Below are positions 1 to 23,454 of a DNA stretch of 64,000 bases, piece after piece. The notes beneath the pieces are model-generated. The model was not told the DNA's origin, searched no databases, and saw only the letters and a program-made list of their open reading frames with translations. The stretch's first letter is position 1; every line of letters begins with the position of its first letter. The translations under genes were made by a program, and so were the position numbers. This DNA comes from Dictyostelium discoideum (lineage: Eukaryota), in the NCBI GenBank assembly GCA_000004695.1, contig CM000150.2:4800001-4864000 (forward strand), in the 5' to 3' direction.

Positions 1-33
1 TAATTTATAATAGTCCAGATTTTCCATTTTCCA

Positions 34-77
<44 letters not shown>

Positions 78-144
78 AATTTTTTTTTTTTTTTATGTTT
101 CACTTTTCATTATTTTCATTTTGTGAAATTAAAAAATAATCACA

Positions 145-1801
145 ATGAAATTATTATCAACTTCATCAAAATGTTTTAAACAATCATTAAAGATAAACTA
201 TAGAAATTTTAGCTCATCAAATAAAATTTTTAAAAACTATACAAACAATAGTAAAAATTATAATAATAACAATAATAATTCTTTTAATGAAAATAACTAT
301 AAATTAATTTCAGCAATTGGAGTCTCAACAATAGTTGGTTTAGGATTTGTAAGTATTTATTAAAATTAATTTATATTATTTATTTAAATTTTAATTCTAT
401 TTTATTTTATTTTATTTTATTAATAATAAAATAAAATAAATAAAAAAAAAAAAGTTTTCAATTTTAAATTTAGAAGAAGAAAAAAAAAATATTATAATTG
501 AAAAGAATAAAATTGATAGAATACCAGATGAAGCAAAAAAAGAATTGGTATTAATATTTTCAGAAAGATTTGTTACACATCCATCAGATTTGGAAGCACA
601 TGGTAAAGATTTTAGTTATCATGAAAGAGCATCACCAGATGCAGTTATTTATCCACATAATCAAGAGGAAGTTAAAAAGTTGGTAGATATCGCAAGAAAG
701 TATAGGATACCATTGATTGCATGTGGTGCAATGACAAGTTTAGAAGGTCACACTCTTTCAAACTATGGCGGTATTTCAGTAGATTTTAGAAATATGTCTA
801 GAGTGTTACAAATTTATAAAGATGATTTCTACGTAACCGTCCAACCAGGTATTTCCTACGGTGATTTAAATGAGGAATTGAAAAAGATTGGATTCTTTTT
901 CCCAGTTGATCCAGGTCCTGGTGCAACTATTGGTGGTATGATTGGAACAAGTGCATCTGGTACTCATTGTGTTCACTATGGTACAATGAAGGATAACGTC
1001 CTCTCGATGAAAGTTGTGCTCCCAAATGGTGATATTGTAACCACAAGAAGCAAAGCAAAGAAGTCATCAGCAGGCTATGATCTCAACCATCTCTTCATTG
1101 GGTCTGAAGGCACATTGGGTATTGTTGTCGAAGCATCATTAAAAATCCAACCAATTCCAACCTGTTCACAAGTCTCATTGGTAACATTTGATAGTATCAC
1201 CTCTGCATGTGATGCAGTAATTAAAACCATGCAATCGGGTGTTCAAATTGGTAGAGTTGAATTATTGGATGATGTTATGATGAATGCAGTCAATTTAGCA
1301 AGTAATACAAACTATTCAGAGAAACCTACTTTAATTTTCGAATTCTCAGGTCCATCGCAAGGTATGGTTCAAGAACAAATTTCAAAAGTTAGTGAAATCA
1401 CCAGAGAATGTAATTCTTTAGATTTTAAATTCTCAAGTACAAATGAAGAAAAAGAAAATCTTTGGATGGCTAGAAAGGTTGCATTATGGAGTTCAAAAGT
1501 TTTAAGACCATCATCTGAAGTTTGGATCACTGATGCTTGTGTACCAATCTCAAAACTCTCTAAAATTATAGATGAAACAAAAGTTGATATCTCTAAAACC
1601 TCATTATTAGCACCATTGGTAGCTCATGCTGGTGATGGTAACTTTCATCTTTTCATTCTTTTTGATCCAAATAATCCAAAAGAATTTGAAGAAGCTAAAT
1701 TCATAAATGATAATTTAGTTAATAGAGCAATTGAATATAAAGGTACTTGTACAGGTGAACATGGTGTTTCTTTTGGTAAAATTGTATTGTATTATTTTTA
1801 T

Positions 1802-1837
<36 letters not shown>

Positions 1838-2005
1838 TATTTAGATATTAACAAAGTTTTTTTTTTTTTTTAGAAATATTTGGATAAAGAATTAGGAAAA
1901 GAAGCAGTAGATTTAATGGCAACAATTAAAAGATCAATTGATCCTTCTAATTTAATGAATCCTGGAAAAATTATCACTGTCGAGAAATTTAATGAAAAAA
2001 AATAA
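145..2005 (+). CDS. FAD-linked D-lactate dehydrogenase (LDHD-like, mitochondrial). Proposed exons 145..348, 455..1783, 1874..2005.
   Basis: ORF 545..1807 has the FAD-binding PCMH-type oxidase fold, with IACGAMTSLEGH and GTCTGEHGV motifs. The upstream ORF 145..363 supplies an N-terminal presequence (MKLLSTSS...) ending at a GTAAGT donor at 349. An AG acceptor at 453-454 keeps phase 0. The 3' exon encodes KYLDKELGKEAVDLMATIKRSIDPSNLMNPGKII, the conserved LDHD/D2HGDH C-terminus, after a phase-0 donor gtattg at 1784. Confidence 0.85.
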
Positions 2006-2063
2006 ATAAACTAATAGATACATAAACAAAAAGATTTTAAATCGATAATTTCAAATTCTTTTA

Positions 2064-5588
<3,525 letters not shown>

Positions 5589-5980
5589 CAATAAAAAAAA
5601 AAAGAAAAAAAAGAAAAATTTAAATTGTAATACAAACACAATAAAAAATTAATTAAAAAAAAAAATAAAAAAAATATAAAAAAAATGAAATTAAAAAAAA
5701 TAAAAAAAAAATAAAAAAAAAATGAAAAAAAAAAAAAATAGATTCTAAAAAAATGAAAAATAAAATAAAAAGAAAATGTTTTTTTTTAACAATGAAAATT
5801 AATTAATTTTATTTATTTTTAATATGAATTTAGAATATATAAAAATAGAGCACTCAGAATCATATAAATTATAAAAAAAATGAATGTAATCAAAGAGGAA
5901 AAAAAAAAAAAAATAAAAAAACAGAACCTTTTTTGCATCATTTTGTTTTTTTAAATAAAATAATGAAAAACTTTAAAGAG

Positions 5981-6011
<31 letters not shown>

Positions 6012-6730
6012 TTCAAAATATCAACAAATTAGAGAAAAAAAAAAAATAATAATTAAAAAAAATAAAAATAAAAATAAATTAAATTTAATTGATATTTTTT
6101 GTAAATCTAAATTTTTTGAAAAATAAAAGATTTGTATACACAAAAGTAGTTTTTATTATAATAAAAATAACATCAAATAAACTCGTGGTGACTCTTTGTC
6201 AAATACCAATCACAAAAAAAAAAAATTTTTATCTAAACCACTGGGCAGTTAACTTTAGATTTCGTCGATCAAAAATTGAAAAAAAAAAAAAAAAAAAAAA
6301 AAAAAATAAAAATAAAAAAAAAAAAATAATAAAAAAGGTGGGAACCTTTTTAAAAAAAAAAAAAAAATAAAAAAAAAAAAAAAAAAAAGATTAATAAAAA
6401 TAATAATAATAAATCACTGAGGGTACCTCTATAATTGGGTTCACTTTATTAATGTTTTGGTGTGTTTATTTTCTTTTTTTAGATTATATTTGTAGAATAG
6501 AGGTTCTTGATATAAAGAAAAAAAATAATTATTTTAACTTTGAATTTTTTCGTTACCTTAAAAAAACACCTTGTTTTCAATATTTAAATAAAATTTACTA
6601 TTTTATTGTATTGTTTGAAACCCTACAGTGTAAATTGTACTGTTCTAAATTTAGACGCTGATAGTTTTTTTTTTTTTTTTTTTTTTTTTAATTTTTTTTT
6701 TTTTTCATTTTTTTTTTATTTTTTTTTTTT

Positions 6731-6764
<34 letters not shown>

Positions 6765-6976
6765 TTTTATTTTTTTTTGAGTGCAAATTTAACCTTTTAG
6801 CCCAATCTCACACACTAACAAATATATTTATTTTTACAAAAGGTAATTTTTTATCTCTTTTTTTTTTTATTTTTTTATTTAGTATTTTTATACCATTGTT
6901 CAATTATTTTTTTATTTTTTTTTTTTTTATTTATTTATTTTCACTTTTATTTTTAGTTTATTATTTTTATATTCAT

Positions 6977-7009
<33 letters not shown>

Positions 7010-7499
7010 AAAATAAAACAATTGGCTACTTTTTTTTTTTTTTTTTTTTTTTATTTTTTTTTTGGCCTCCCAATTTGGTATCGATATTTAATTTTTCCAT
7101 TTTAGATCTTAATTTTTTTTTTTTTTCTTTTTTTTTTAATTTTTTTTTTTTTTTTTTAATTTTTTTTTTCTTTTTTTTAAATTCATAATTTAATTTAATA
7201 TCCACACTGTTCACAAAAATAAAATAAAATAAAATAAAAAATAAAATTAAATTAAATTAAAATTTTTTTTTTTTTTAATAATAAAAAAAAAATATCATAA
7301 GTTTTATACAACAATAAACACAACACATCTATAAATAAATAAAATTTTGGTTATACAATTTGTATACACCCACATATTCACATGTATGTTATTAAAAAAA
7401 ATAGAAAAAAAATAAACCAAACTTAATTTTTATAATATCATATCATATTGTTATCATTTACTTCAAAAATAATCCCTTTGGGGTTTTAAAAACACATAT

Positions 7500-7537
<38 letters not shown>

Positions 7538-7872
7538 CCTTAAATTTAAAAAATATCAATTAACACACACACAAAACCCACCACCCACATTTTTTTTTTT
7601 TTTTTTTTTTTATTTTATTTTTTTAATTTAATTTTTTTTTATTTTTTATTTTTTTTTTCAACTTTTTTTTTATTAGTGATCATGAAATAATCTCTTGTTT
7701 GGATTGTAAAATAACCACAATATCAGTATTTGTATGTGTGATTTTATTATAATTCTAATTAAATATTTTTATTTTCTATTTTTAATTTTTTTTTTTTTTT
7801 TAAAAAAAAAGATTTTTTTTATTATTTTTATTTATTTTTTTTTTAATTTGATATTTAAACTTTTTTTTCAAA

Positions 7873-7905
<33 letters not shown>

Positions 7906-8203
7906 GTTTTTTGTTTTTTTTTTTTATTATAAAATTAAAATTTGTATGTATTTATATAAATCACCAATCCCATTAAATATTTATTTTTTTTTAATTTTTT
8001 TCTTTTTTTTAAAAAAATTTTCTCAATATATCTGACACAAACGCATTTAAATTTTTAATTTATTTTATTTTTATTTTTTTTTAATTTTTTTTTTTTTTTT
8101 TATTTTCTTTATTGGGGAATTTTTTTTTTCTTTTTTTAAAAATTTCTTTTTCCAATACCACATTCTCTTTAAATCAAATCAACCAAATCAAAAAAAAAAA
8201 ACA

Positions 8204-8242
<39 letters not shown>

Positions 8243-8483
8243 TTAATATAATTATTTTCTATTTATAGATTTTTTAAACATAAAATTTTTATATAAAATT
8301 AAACACAAACAAGAAAACAAAATTTTTGTATAATTACTTTTTTTTTTTTTTTTTTTTACACATAATTAATTAATTAATTAATCATCAACAACAATAACAA
8401 TAACAATAACAACAAAAAGCAAAAAACAAAAATATAAAAAAACAAATAAAATAATATAAATAAATAAATAAATAATATATAGA

Positions 8484-8769
8484 ATGGAGGCAATTACAAT
8501 TGAAATTAATCAAGAAGGTATTTTAGATTTTGTTAAAAAATCATCACTCTCAAAATGGAAGAATAGATATGTCAGATTAGTTGATGGTGGTATTTATATT
8601 TATAAAACTGATAAAGATGAAGACTTTAAATGTATAGATTTAGAATTTTCAGTTTTAGACTCCAACCCAAAAGAAGCAGGAAATAGACCAAACTCATTTT
8701 TAATTAGAGATTCACATAATAAAGCTTTTCTTTTCTCTGCAAATACATCACAAGGTAAATAATTTTTAA

Positions 8770-8818
<49 letters not shown>

Positions 8819-9557
8819 AAACATATTAATAATTTTTTTTATTTTTTTATTTTTTTTATAATTATTATTATTATTATTATTTATATTATTTAAAGAATAT
8901 AATAAATGGTTAGAAAATGTTAAAAGATCAACTGGTAAAAAGAATTCAGGATGTCCAACATTTGATTCAGCAGTTGCAAAGAGAGAAGGTAGAAATGATA
9001 TAATGTTTAGAGCAAAAAAGAATATTTCAGGTAAGATCGCTAGTTCAGGAGTTGGTAAGAGTGGTTTAAAGAAATTGATTCCAGAAGAGGGTCGTGAATT
9101 GATTGGATCAGTTAAAAAGATCATTAAGAGAGTCTCAAATGAAGAGAAAGCAAATGAAATGGAGAAGAATATCCTAAAGATTTTAATCAAAGTGTTTTTC
9201 TACATTGATTCTAAAGCAATTCAAATTGGTGATTTGGCAAAGGTTGATAGAGCTTTACGTGACGGTTTCAATCATTTAGATCGTGCTTTCAGATACTATG
9301 GTGTAAAGAAAGCCGCTGATCTCGTTGTAATCTTGGAGAAGGCTTCTACTGCCTTGAAAGAAGCTGAACAAGAAACTGTAACCTTACTCACTCCTTTCTT
9401 TAGACCACACAATATTCAACTCATTCGTAATACTTTTGCATTTTTGGGTTCTTTAGACTTTTTCACTAAAGTTTGGGATGATTTGGAAATTGAAGATGAT
9501 TTATTCTTATTAATTAGTGCTCTTAACAAATATACTCAAATTGAATTGATTTATTAA
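8484..9557 (+). CDS. PH domain fused to a TNFAIP8/TIPE-like (DUF758) domain protein. Exons 8484..8754 and 8896..9557.
   Basis: N-terminal PH domain (LSKWKNRYVRLVDGGIYIYK...FLFSANTSQ then EYNKWLENV after splicing, with a conserved C-terminal Trp helix). Phase-1 intron GTAAAT...AAAG. The C-terminal 185 aa align with the TNFAIP8 helical lipid-binding fold (ILKILIKVFFY / FAFLGSLDFF against TNFAIP8 LIKTVIKLAILY / FLAALYNPF). Confidence 0.7.
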
Positions 9558-9746
9558 ATAAATAATAATTAATTAATTAATTAATTAATTAATTAATCAA
9601 TCATAAAAAATAAAAAAAATAAAAAAAATATTAATCAGTAATAATTATAATAATAATAATAGTCAATAATATAAAATTCAAAAATCATAAACATATATAT
9701 GAAAATAAAATTTAATAATACACCAATCACAATAGTTTTATAGTAA

Positions 9747-9819
<73 letters not shown>

Positions 9820-10030
9820 AAAAATAAAAAGCTTTTAATTTTGTACAATATTTATAAAGTTGTTTATAGTTCTTAATTATTTCATTTTTTTTTTTTTTTT
9901 TTTAAATTTTTGTGATAAAAATAGAATTAATTGAAATAAAAAGTTGGAAATTTCCAGTTAATTAACAGAAAAAAAAAAAAAAAATGTTGAAAAAAAAAAA
10001 AAATTTTAAAAAAAAAAAATCATTTAAAAA

Positions 10031-11239
10031 ATGGAACAACAACAACATGATGATAATATAATTATAGAAGAAACTAATAATTCAATAACATTTAATGTTT
10101 GTAATACAATAAAAAGTAAAGTTAAATATGAAGATTTTTCAATAGATTCAATAATGAATTATCAAGAAATAGCAGAAGAGTTAGATGAAGAGGGTAATGT
10201 AATTGGTGAACCAGTTGAACAAGCAAAAGAAAAAGTAATAATAAATTCAAGTTTAAATGAAAACTCTAAATTTATTGGTTGTAATTCATTTTTTCATTCT
10301 GCTATCAAAGCATTTTCAGAACACCATCATTTAAATATACGTCCTGATGATATTTGGATGGCAATTTTAAATAATTTTTCAACTTTTATTAATAAATATG
10401 CACAAGATTTGAGAGACAAGTTGGTAGACTTTAAAGAGGGAAAGAAATTATTAATGGTTGAAACTGACTATCCAATTTTAAAAGCACCTCATGATAAATT
10501 AACATTAGAAATTAGTAAAGAAATTGAAAAAAATATAAAAGATCCATCAATTCGTGATTGGATAATACCAAATTTTTCAACAACCACCCAAACTGATAAA
10601 GTTGTTTTCGCATCTGCATTAATGTCAACTGTAAAATCTTTTTTCGATTTTAAATGTTATACAAGATGTGGTTTACCAAGTGTTACTCTTTTTGGTACTG
10701 TTGATGATTGGTTAAATTTAAAAGAAAGAATTGAAAGATTGAAAGAATTTGATATTATAAAAAATAAAAACCAAGAGGAAGAAGAGGAGGGACAAGAGGT
10801 AACTAATAAACCAATTATGAGTGAATGGGTATCAATGCTTCATCCAATCATTGATGAATTCATTTTAACAGCATCAGGTAAACCAAATATTGAATGGTGG
10901 TCATTAATTGCTAAAGAAAATGCAATAAGTGGTGGGCCTATTATAAATGGATGGATTACAGTTTTTTCAATTTTTAATAAAAAAAGTGTTTGTATATTTG
11001 ATAATCAACAATATTGGTCCAATGGAAGGGAAAAAAGATTATTAAATCCTAATACTTGGTTGAGAATAGGTTATCATATGGCTTTAAATGGTTATCTTTC
11101 TTCTCCAATTCTTTTGGTTGAAGGTCCCAATCAATACAACTCAACTTTATTTGGTGGACATATGGCAATTAAAATTGATGAAAATTCTCCAACAACAATT
11201 TCCCCTTCACTTGATTGGTGTTTGGTTATTGATAAATAA
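10031..11239 (+). CDS. DUF4419-family protein (uncharacterised), single exon, 402 aa.
   Basis: Intact ORF. The motif HHHLNIRPDDIWMAILNNFSTFINKYAQDLRDKLVDFKEGKKLLMVE and the later CGLPSVTLFGTVDDW resemble the DUF4419 signature as I recall it. Confidence 0.55.
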   Translation: MEQQQHDDNIIIEETNNSITFNVCNTIKSKVKYEDFSIDSIMNYQEIAEELDEEGNVIGEPVEQAKEKVIINSSLNENSKFIGCNSFFHSAIKAFSEHHHLNIRPDDIWMAILNNFSTFINKYAQDLRDKLVDFKEGKKLLMVETDYPILKAPHDKLTLEISKEIEKNIKDPSIRDWIIPNFSTTTQTDKVVFASALMSTVKSFFDFKCYTRCGLPSVTLFGTVDDWLNLKERIERLKEFDIIKNKNQEEEEEGQEVTNKPIMSEWVSMLHPIIDEFILTASGKPNIEWWSLIAKENAISGGPIINGWITVFSIFNKKSVCIFDNQQYWSNGREKRLLNPNTWLRIGYHMALNGYLSSPILLVEGPNQYNSTLFGGHMAIKIDENSPTTISPSLDWCLVIDK

Positions 11240-11395
11240 TAAATTTTTCCTGATATTACTAAAAAAAAAAAAAAAAAAATACCAAAAGAATATCATATTT
11301 TAATATAAAAATTTATTAATATGCATGAACGATAGAAAATTCAATTTTTATGGAGATCATTAATGATATTCTATTATTATTTTATTATATTATTG

Positions 11396-11430
<35 letters not shown>

Positions 11431-11939
11431 CCTCATACGTGTAAAGAGTAGTAGAATTGGTAATTATAACCATCATATTTTTCTTCTTATTTTTCTTTTC
11501 ATATCAAAACAAAAAATTACAATCAATTAAAAAAAATAACAAGGTTTTTGACTAAATTTGAAATTTTTTTTTTTTTCATTTTCATTCTCTATTTAATTAT
11601 TATTATAATTTAACTCACCAATTTTTTAATTATCTTTTATAATTATCCAATAATTCAATTTCCTAATCTTTTTTTATAACTCAAGATTTTATAAAATGGT
11701 TTATCAAACTCAATTCTTTTCTTGTCAAAATCAAAGTATGACACAATTGGCAATATTGCAGAAACTTAAAAAAAAAGAGAAAAATTTTTATAAATAAATA
11801 AAATTGTTTTTTTTATTTGTACAACTTTTTTTTTGTTTTTTTATTATTCTTTTTCTTAAAGTGTTATTGTTGTGTTTTTTTTTTTTTTTTTTTTTAGTAA
11901 TTTAAAAATTGTAAAAAGAAACTAAACTTTAAACAAAAT

Positions 11940-18335
<6,396 letters not shown>

Positions 18336-19084
18336 TTTATTCTATATATATGTATGTATGTGTATGTATGTAGGTGTTATGTGAATGTATGTGTGTGTTT
18401 ATATTTTTGAGGTGTGTATGATGTTGTTGTTGTTGTGGTTGTTTATTTTTACGACTATAATAATAATAACAATAATATTATTAATAATAATAATAATAAA
18501 AATTAGTATTAAAATATAAATATGAACAAAAAAAAAAAAGAAAACTATTTTAATTTACCTACCTTTTAACCTGCTTAAGATGTGTATAATTTATTTTTTT
18601 AGTGCTGATATATTACTATTGTATATGTACATGATCATGCCCTTTTATTTCTATAAATTTCCTCTGGATATATATATGTGATATAATCCTTTTTCTTTTT
18701 CTTTTTTTTTTTTTCCTTTAAAATAAAAAGTGATAGTAGTAGAAAATTTAAAAAAATAAAAAATAAAAAAAAAAAATAAAAATAAAAAAAAAGAAAACAC
18801 AAGAAATATCAATTGGTGTGTACTATATAAAAGAAACTTGTATGTTTTTTTTATATGTACAAAGAATATGAATATATGTAAGGTGTGAGAGAGTGAGTGA
18901 GTGAGTGAGTGTGTGTGTGTATGTGTATTCTATATAAAACAAAGGATGTTTATTTTATTTTTATTTTGTTTTTTTTTTTTTTTTTTTTTCTTTTTTTATC
19001 GGTTGGTATGAAGTAAAAAATAAAAAAAAATTTAAAAAAAAAAAAAAAAAAAATAAAATAAAATAAAAAAATTCAGAAAAAATG

Positions 19085-19118
<34 letters not shown>

Positions 19119-19721
19119 AAAAAAAAAAAAAAGCAACACATAGAATAAATTTCAACAAGTAATGATTACATTCAAATTCCCTATTTAGGTTTCAAATTTA
19201 CTATTATTACTATTTTTTTTTTTTTTTTTTTTTTCCTTTACTGTTATGATCTTTTTTTATTTTTTTTTTTAGAAACTCAAAGTTTTTAAAAATAATGATA
19301 ATGACCAAAAAAAAAAAAAAAATTTATGACCAAACTTTTAGTCGTAGAGTGTTAATAAAATATCTTTTTTTTAAAAAATAAAAAGAAAAAAAAAAAAATA
19401 AAATAAAATAAAACAAAATAATTATTTTCAGTATTTTTATAAATATCTTGCTAATTAGCACTTAATAAGATTGACTAAACACAAAATAATATCACCCAAA
19501 TCTATTACTGCTATTTTTGTAATTATTAAAAATAAAAAAAAAAAAAAAAATTTTTATTGTTTTTACTTCAGTAGTCCCACAACATTTCCATTTTTTTTTT
19601 TTTTTTTTTCCAATTTTTTTATTTTTTTATTTTTTTATTTTGTTTTTTTTAATTTTTTTTTTATTTTATTTTATTTTATTTTATTATTAAACTAATTAAA
19701 TAAATAAAAAAGAAAAATAAA

Positions 19722-20134
19722 ATGAGTTTTCTTAAAATTAATAAAATAGCATTAAAATCTTCAACAACTATTTTAAAATCTTCTTCACCTTTATCAGGCA
19801 AAACCAAATTTAATCATATTAATAGTCGTAGTAGTAGTAGAAGCAATGAAAATAATTATGAAAAAAGATATTATTCATCATTTAGTATGAAAGAAGATCC
19901 AGAACCATCAAAACCATTTGGTTTTAAACCATTAATTGCATTAGTATTGGTTGGTGGTATTAGTGCATATTTATACAAAGCTTGGGATAATCAAGATTTC
20001 ATGTTTTCTTCTAAGTTACCATACCAAAGAGAAGAAGTTGAAAAATTTAAAAAAATCATGAAAGAAATACATCAAGATTCACAAAGAGAAAATTTAAATA
20101 TTGAAAAAGAATCAAAAGAATCAAAAGAATCTGA

Positions 20135-20176
<42 letters not shown>

Positions 20177-21704
20177 TCAACAAGAAGAAGAAAAAGAAGA
20201 AGAAAAAGTAGGAGTAGAAAATACTACATTAGAAGATAATATTATAGAATCAATAAAAAATCATGAAGAAGAAATGAAAAATGAATTGGTATCATTAATT
20301 GAATCAGTTCAAGATAAATATGCACATTCAAATGATGATGAAATCAATGCAGATGAAAGAGAAATGGATTCAGAGACTGGTGTTAGTATTAGTGATGAGA
20401 TTTCAAAATTAATTGAAGAACATAAACAAAATGAAGAAGAGTCATTACCAGATTTACTTGATGTTAATTATGGTGTATTATCTATTATTCCAGAAGCTGT
20501 TAAATCTGCTGAAGAAACAGTTGAAAATGCATTAAAGAAATTCACTCATAGCAATGATGATGATGATGATACAACAACTACTTCAATCATTATTAATACA
20601 TCAGATGAATTAAAGAATCATAATATTAATATTGAAAATGGAAATGAAGAATCTTTAGTCGATTCATTAGATGTTAATTATAATGTATTATCAATTATTC
20701 CAGAGAAAGTTAAATCAGCTGAAGAAAAAGTTGAAAATGTATTAAAGAAATTTGAAGAACAATATTTGGAGAAAGTTGAAAAATTAATTTCTGAAAATAT
20801 GAAGTTAAAAGTTGATTTTGATAAACTTATCAATGGAAAAGATGATGAGTTAAAGAGAGTAGAGGAAGAGATTAGAGAAAAGTATAGATCATCATTAGAT
20901 GCAGCTATTGAAGAGTTGAATAAGGATTTGGATGAAAAGTTAAAGGATATGGATCAATTCATAAAGTCAAAGGTATTTGATAACCAAGCAGTGCTTCAAG
21001 AGACATTGGAAAAACAAAAATCAAATCTTATCAATATTTTCAAACAACAGGCTGAATCTATTAAACAATCTGAATTGGAGAAGAGGGCAATCACTCAATT
21101 GACTCAATGCATTGTGGATCTTCAAAAACTTTTACATGATAAATCAGCTATCGACGGTGCTAATGGTAAGGGATTGCTCGTTAGATCGTTCAAGAATTTG
21201 ACAGATCTTTCAAACTATGATCAGTTGATTAAGGAATTACTCTCGACTTTACCAGAAGGATTTGAAAAGAAGCCAGTCATTCCTCTCGATACATTGAATA
21301 ATCAATTCCAAGATATTGCAAAGAAATTGAGAAAGTCTCAATTAATCGATCCAAATGATAATTCTTTGCTTGGTAAAGCAGTCTCAGAGTTGGCTTCTTT
21401 ATTTATCATTCCAGAGAAAGGTATGGTTCAAGGTAATGATTATGATGCTATCTTGGCTCGTGCTGAAGATCACTTAAGAAAAAATAATCTCTCCTCTGCT
21501 ATCAAAGAAATGGAATCCATTCAACAACAATCCTCAAAATCATCAACAAACATCGATAATCATCACCTTTCAAAATTAACTTCCAATTGGATTAAACAAG
21601 CAAAAGAAAGAGATCAATTAGAAAATATTTCAAAATTATTAGAGTTAAAATTGGAATTAATTCATAAACAACAACAACAAATTAAAGAGGAACAACAAAA
21701 ATAA
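19722..21704 (+). CDS. MICOS subunit MIC60 / mitofilin, single exon, 660 aa.
   Basis: N-terminal presequence, then a TM segment (PLIALVLVGGISAYLY), a long coiled-coil region, and a C-terminal mitofilin-like domain (ILARAEDHLRKNNLSSAIKEMESI...WIKQAKERDQLEN). Confidence 0.65.
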
Positions 21705-22094
21705 ATAAATAAATAAATAAATAAATAAAAAAAAATAAAAAAAAAATATCTCATATTTTCATTTTTCATTTTTGGGTTGACGTGTTATCACTAATTAATT
21801 CAATGAAAAAAAAAAAAAAAAAAATTATTGCAACATCCAGATCCAAAAATGGGTTAAAAATGAGAATTAAAAAAAAAAAAAATTTTAAAATAATAAAAAA
21901 AAAAAAAATTTTGTGTGAAAATATGTGTGTTTTTCATAATAAATAGTGTTATTAAAACAATAAAAAAAAAAAAAAAAAATAAAAAAAATAAAAAAAAAAT
22001 ATATAAAAAAAAAAAATTTAATTTAAAATTTTTTATTTACAAAAAAAAAAAAAAAAAACAAAACAAATAAAATAAAAATAAATATAATATAATT

Positions 22095-22096
<2 letters not shown>

Positions 22097-22166
<70 letters not shown>

Positions 22167-22170
22167 AAAA
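22097..22170. repeat. (AAAT)n intergenic microsatellite of about 18 units.
   Basis: Visible directly. Confidence 0.9.
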
Positions 22171-22177
22171 AAAATAA

Positions 22178-23193
22178 ATGTCATCAATTAATGGAATTGA
22201 TAATATAAAATTTGATTATGAATTTAGTAATTCATTATACTATAGGAATTCAATTTTCTTTTCAATAATATTTTTCATTATATATAAAAAGTCAAGTTAT
22301 ATTACAGAGAACTTTTTTGGAGAATTAGTTAAAAAAGCATATACAACATTAACAGAAAAAAAAAAATTAGAATGGGATCAAAGAGTAGTTTCAATGATAC
22401 ATGCATTTTTAGTTTTACCATTTTGTATAATTTCAGCTGTTGAATCATTTAAAGTAATTATTATTTAAACAATATATATATAATTTTTTTTTTTTTTTTC
22501 TCTAAACATTTCTAATTAATAATTTAAATATTTAGTATGGTGATATTTTTTATTTTCAAAATGATTCACTTTTAATGGTTTTGTCAATTTCTTCTGGTTA
22601 TTTCATTTGGGATTTAATAATTTGTTATAAAGATCCTAAATTAGTTGGAACTCCAATGATTATTCATGCAATAATGGGTTTATCTTCAAATATTTATGTA
22701 GCTGTAAGTATTTTTTTTTATTTTTTTTTTTTAAATAAAATAGGTGATCTTTATATTAATATGAAAAAAAAAAAAAAAAAAAAAAATGAAAAAATGAAAA
22801 AATGAAAAAATAAAAAAGTTACCACATGGAAGACCATGTTTTGTTCCAATTGTTGCAATTTTATTAATAACAGAAATTAGTACAATTCCATTAAATATGA
22901 AAGGATTCATTCAGGTTGTAAATTCAAAATCAAAATATTATAATTGGTCATTGGGTGCATTTGTAATTACATTTTTAGTATCAAGATGTATTATTGGATT
23001 ACCATTTGATATTTATTTAGTTTATGGTTGTATTCAAAGATGGGACGTTTTTCCAATGGATAAATCATTGGTATTCATAACAGAGTGTGGAATTCAATTC
23101 TTTTTAAATAGTTATTGGAGTTTCTTATTAATAAAAAAACTATATCAAACTTATTTAAATCCAATTCCAAATCATAAAAAAAATGAAGATTAA
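22178..23193 (+). CDS. TLC-domain (TRAM/LAG1/CLN8-like, TMEM56/TLCD4-type) membrane protein. Exons 22178..22453, 22536..22703, 22819..23193.
   Basis: Three ORF pieces join in phase 0 through GTAATT...TTTAG and GTAAGT...AAAAG introns. The product is multi-TM with the FIWDLIICYKDP...IIHAIMG motif typical of TLC-domain proteins. Confidence 0.7.
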
Positions 23194-23346
23194 AGAAATG
23201 AAATAAAAAATAAAAAATAATGTAAAATAAAATTAAAAACTGGATTAAATTAAATTATTTTTTGGATTTCAATAATTTTTTTTTTTACTTTTTTTATTCA
23301 TTTTCAACAAAAAAACAAATTAAGGAGAAAAAACTTTTTTATTTTT

Positions 23347-23379
<33 letters not shown>

Positions 23380-23386
23380 CACAAAA

Positions 23387-23422
<36 letters not shown>

Positions 23423-23454
23423 CTTTGCACATGTAATCAAATAGATAATTACAT

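Noticed and set aside
6089-8000. Many 60-90-aa ORFs rich in F, K, L or I across intergenic regions (for example 6089..6370, 6606..6800, 6896..7105, 7026..7214, 7734..7976, 16784..17047, 18961..19158, 19471..19695, 61518..62135).
   Set aside because: They are translations of poly(dA), poly(dT) and simple-repeat tracts. They have no complexity, no conservation logic, and no start context.
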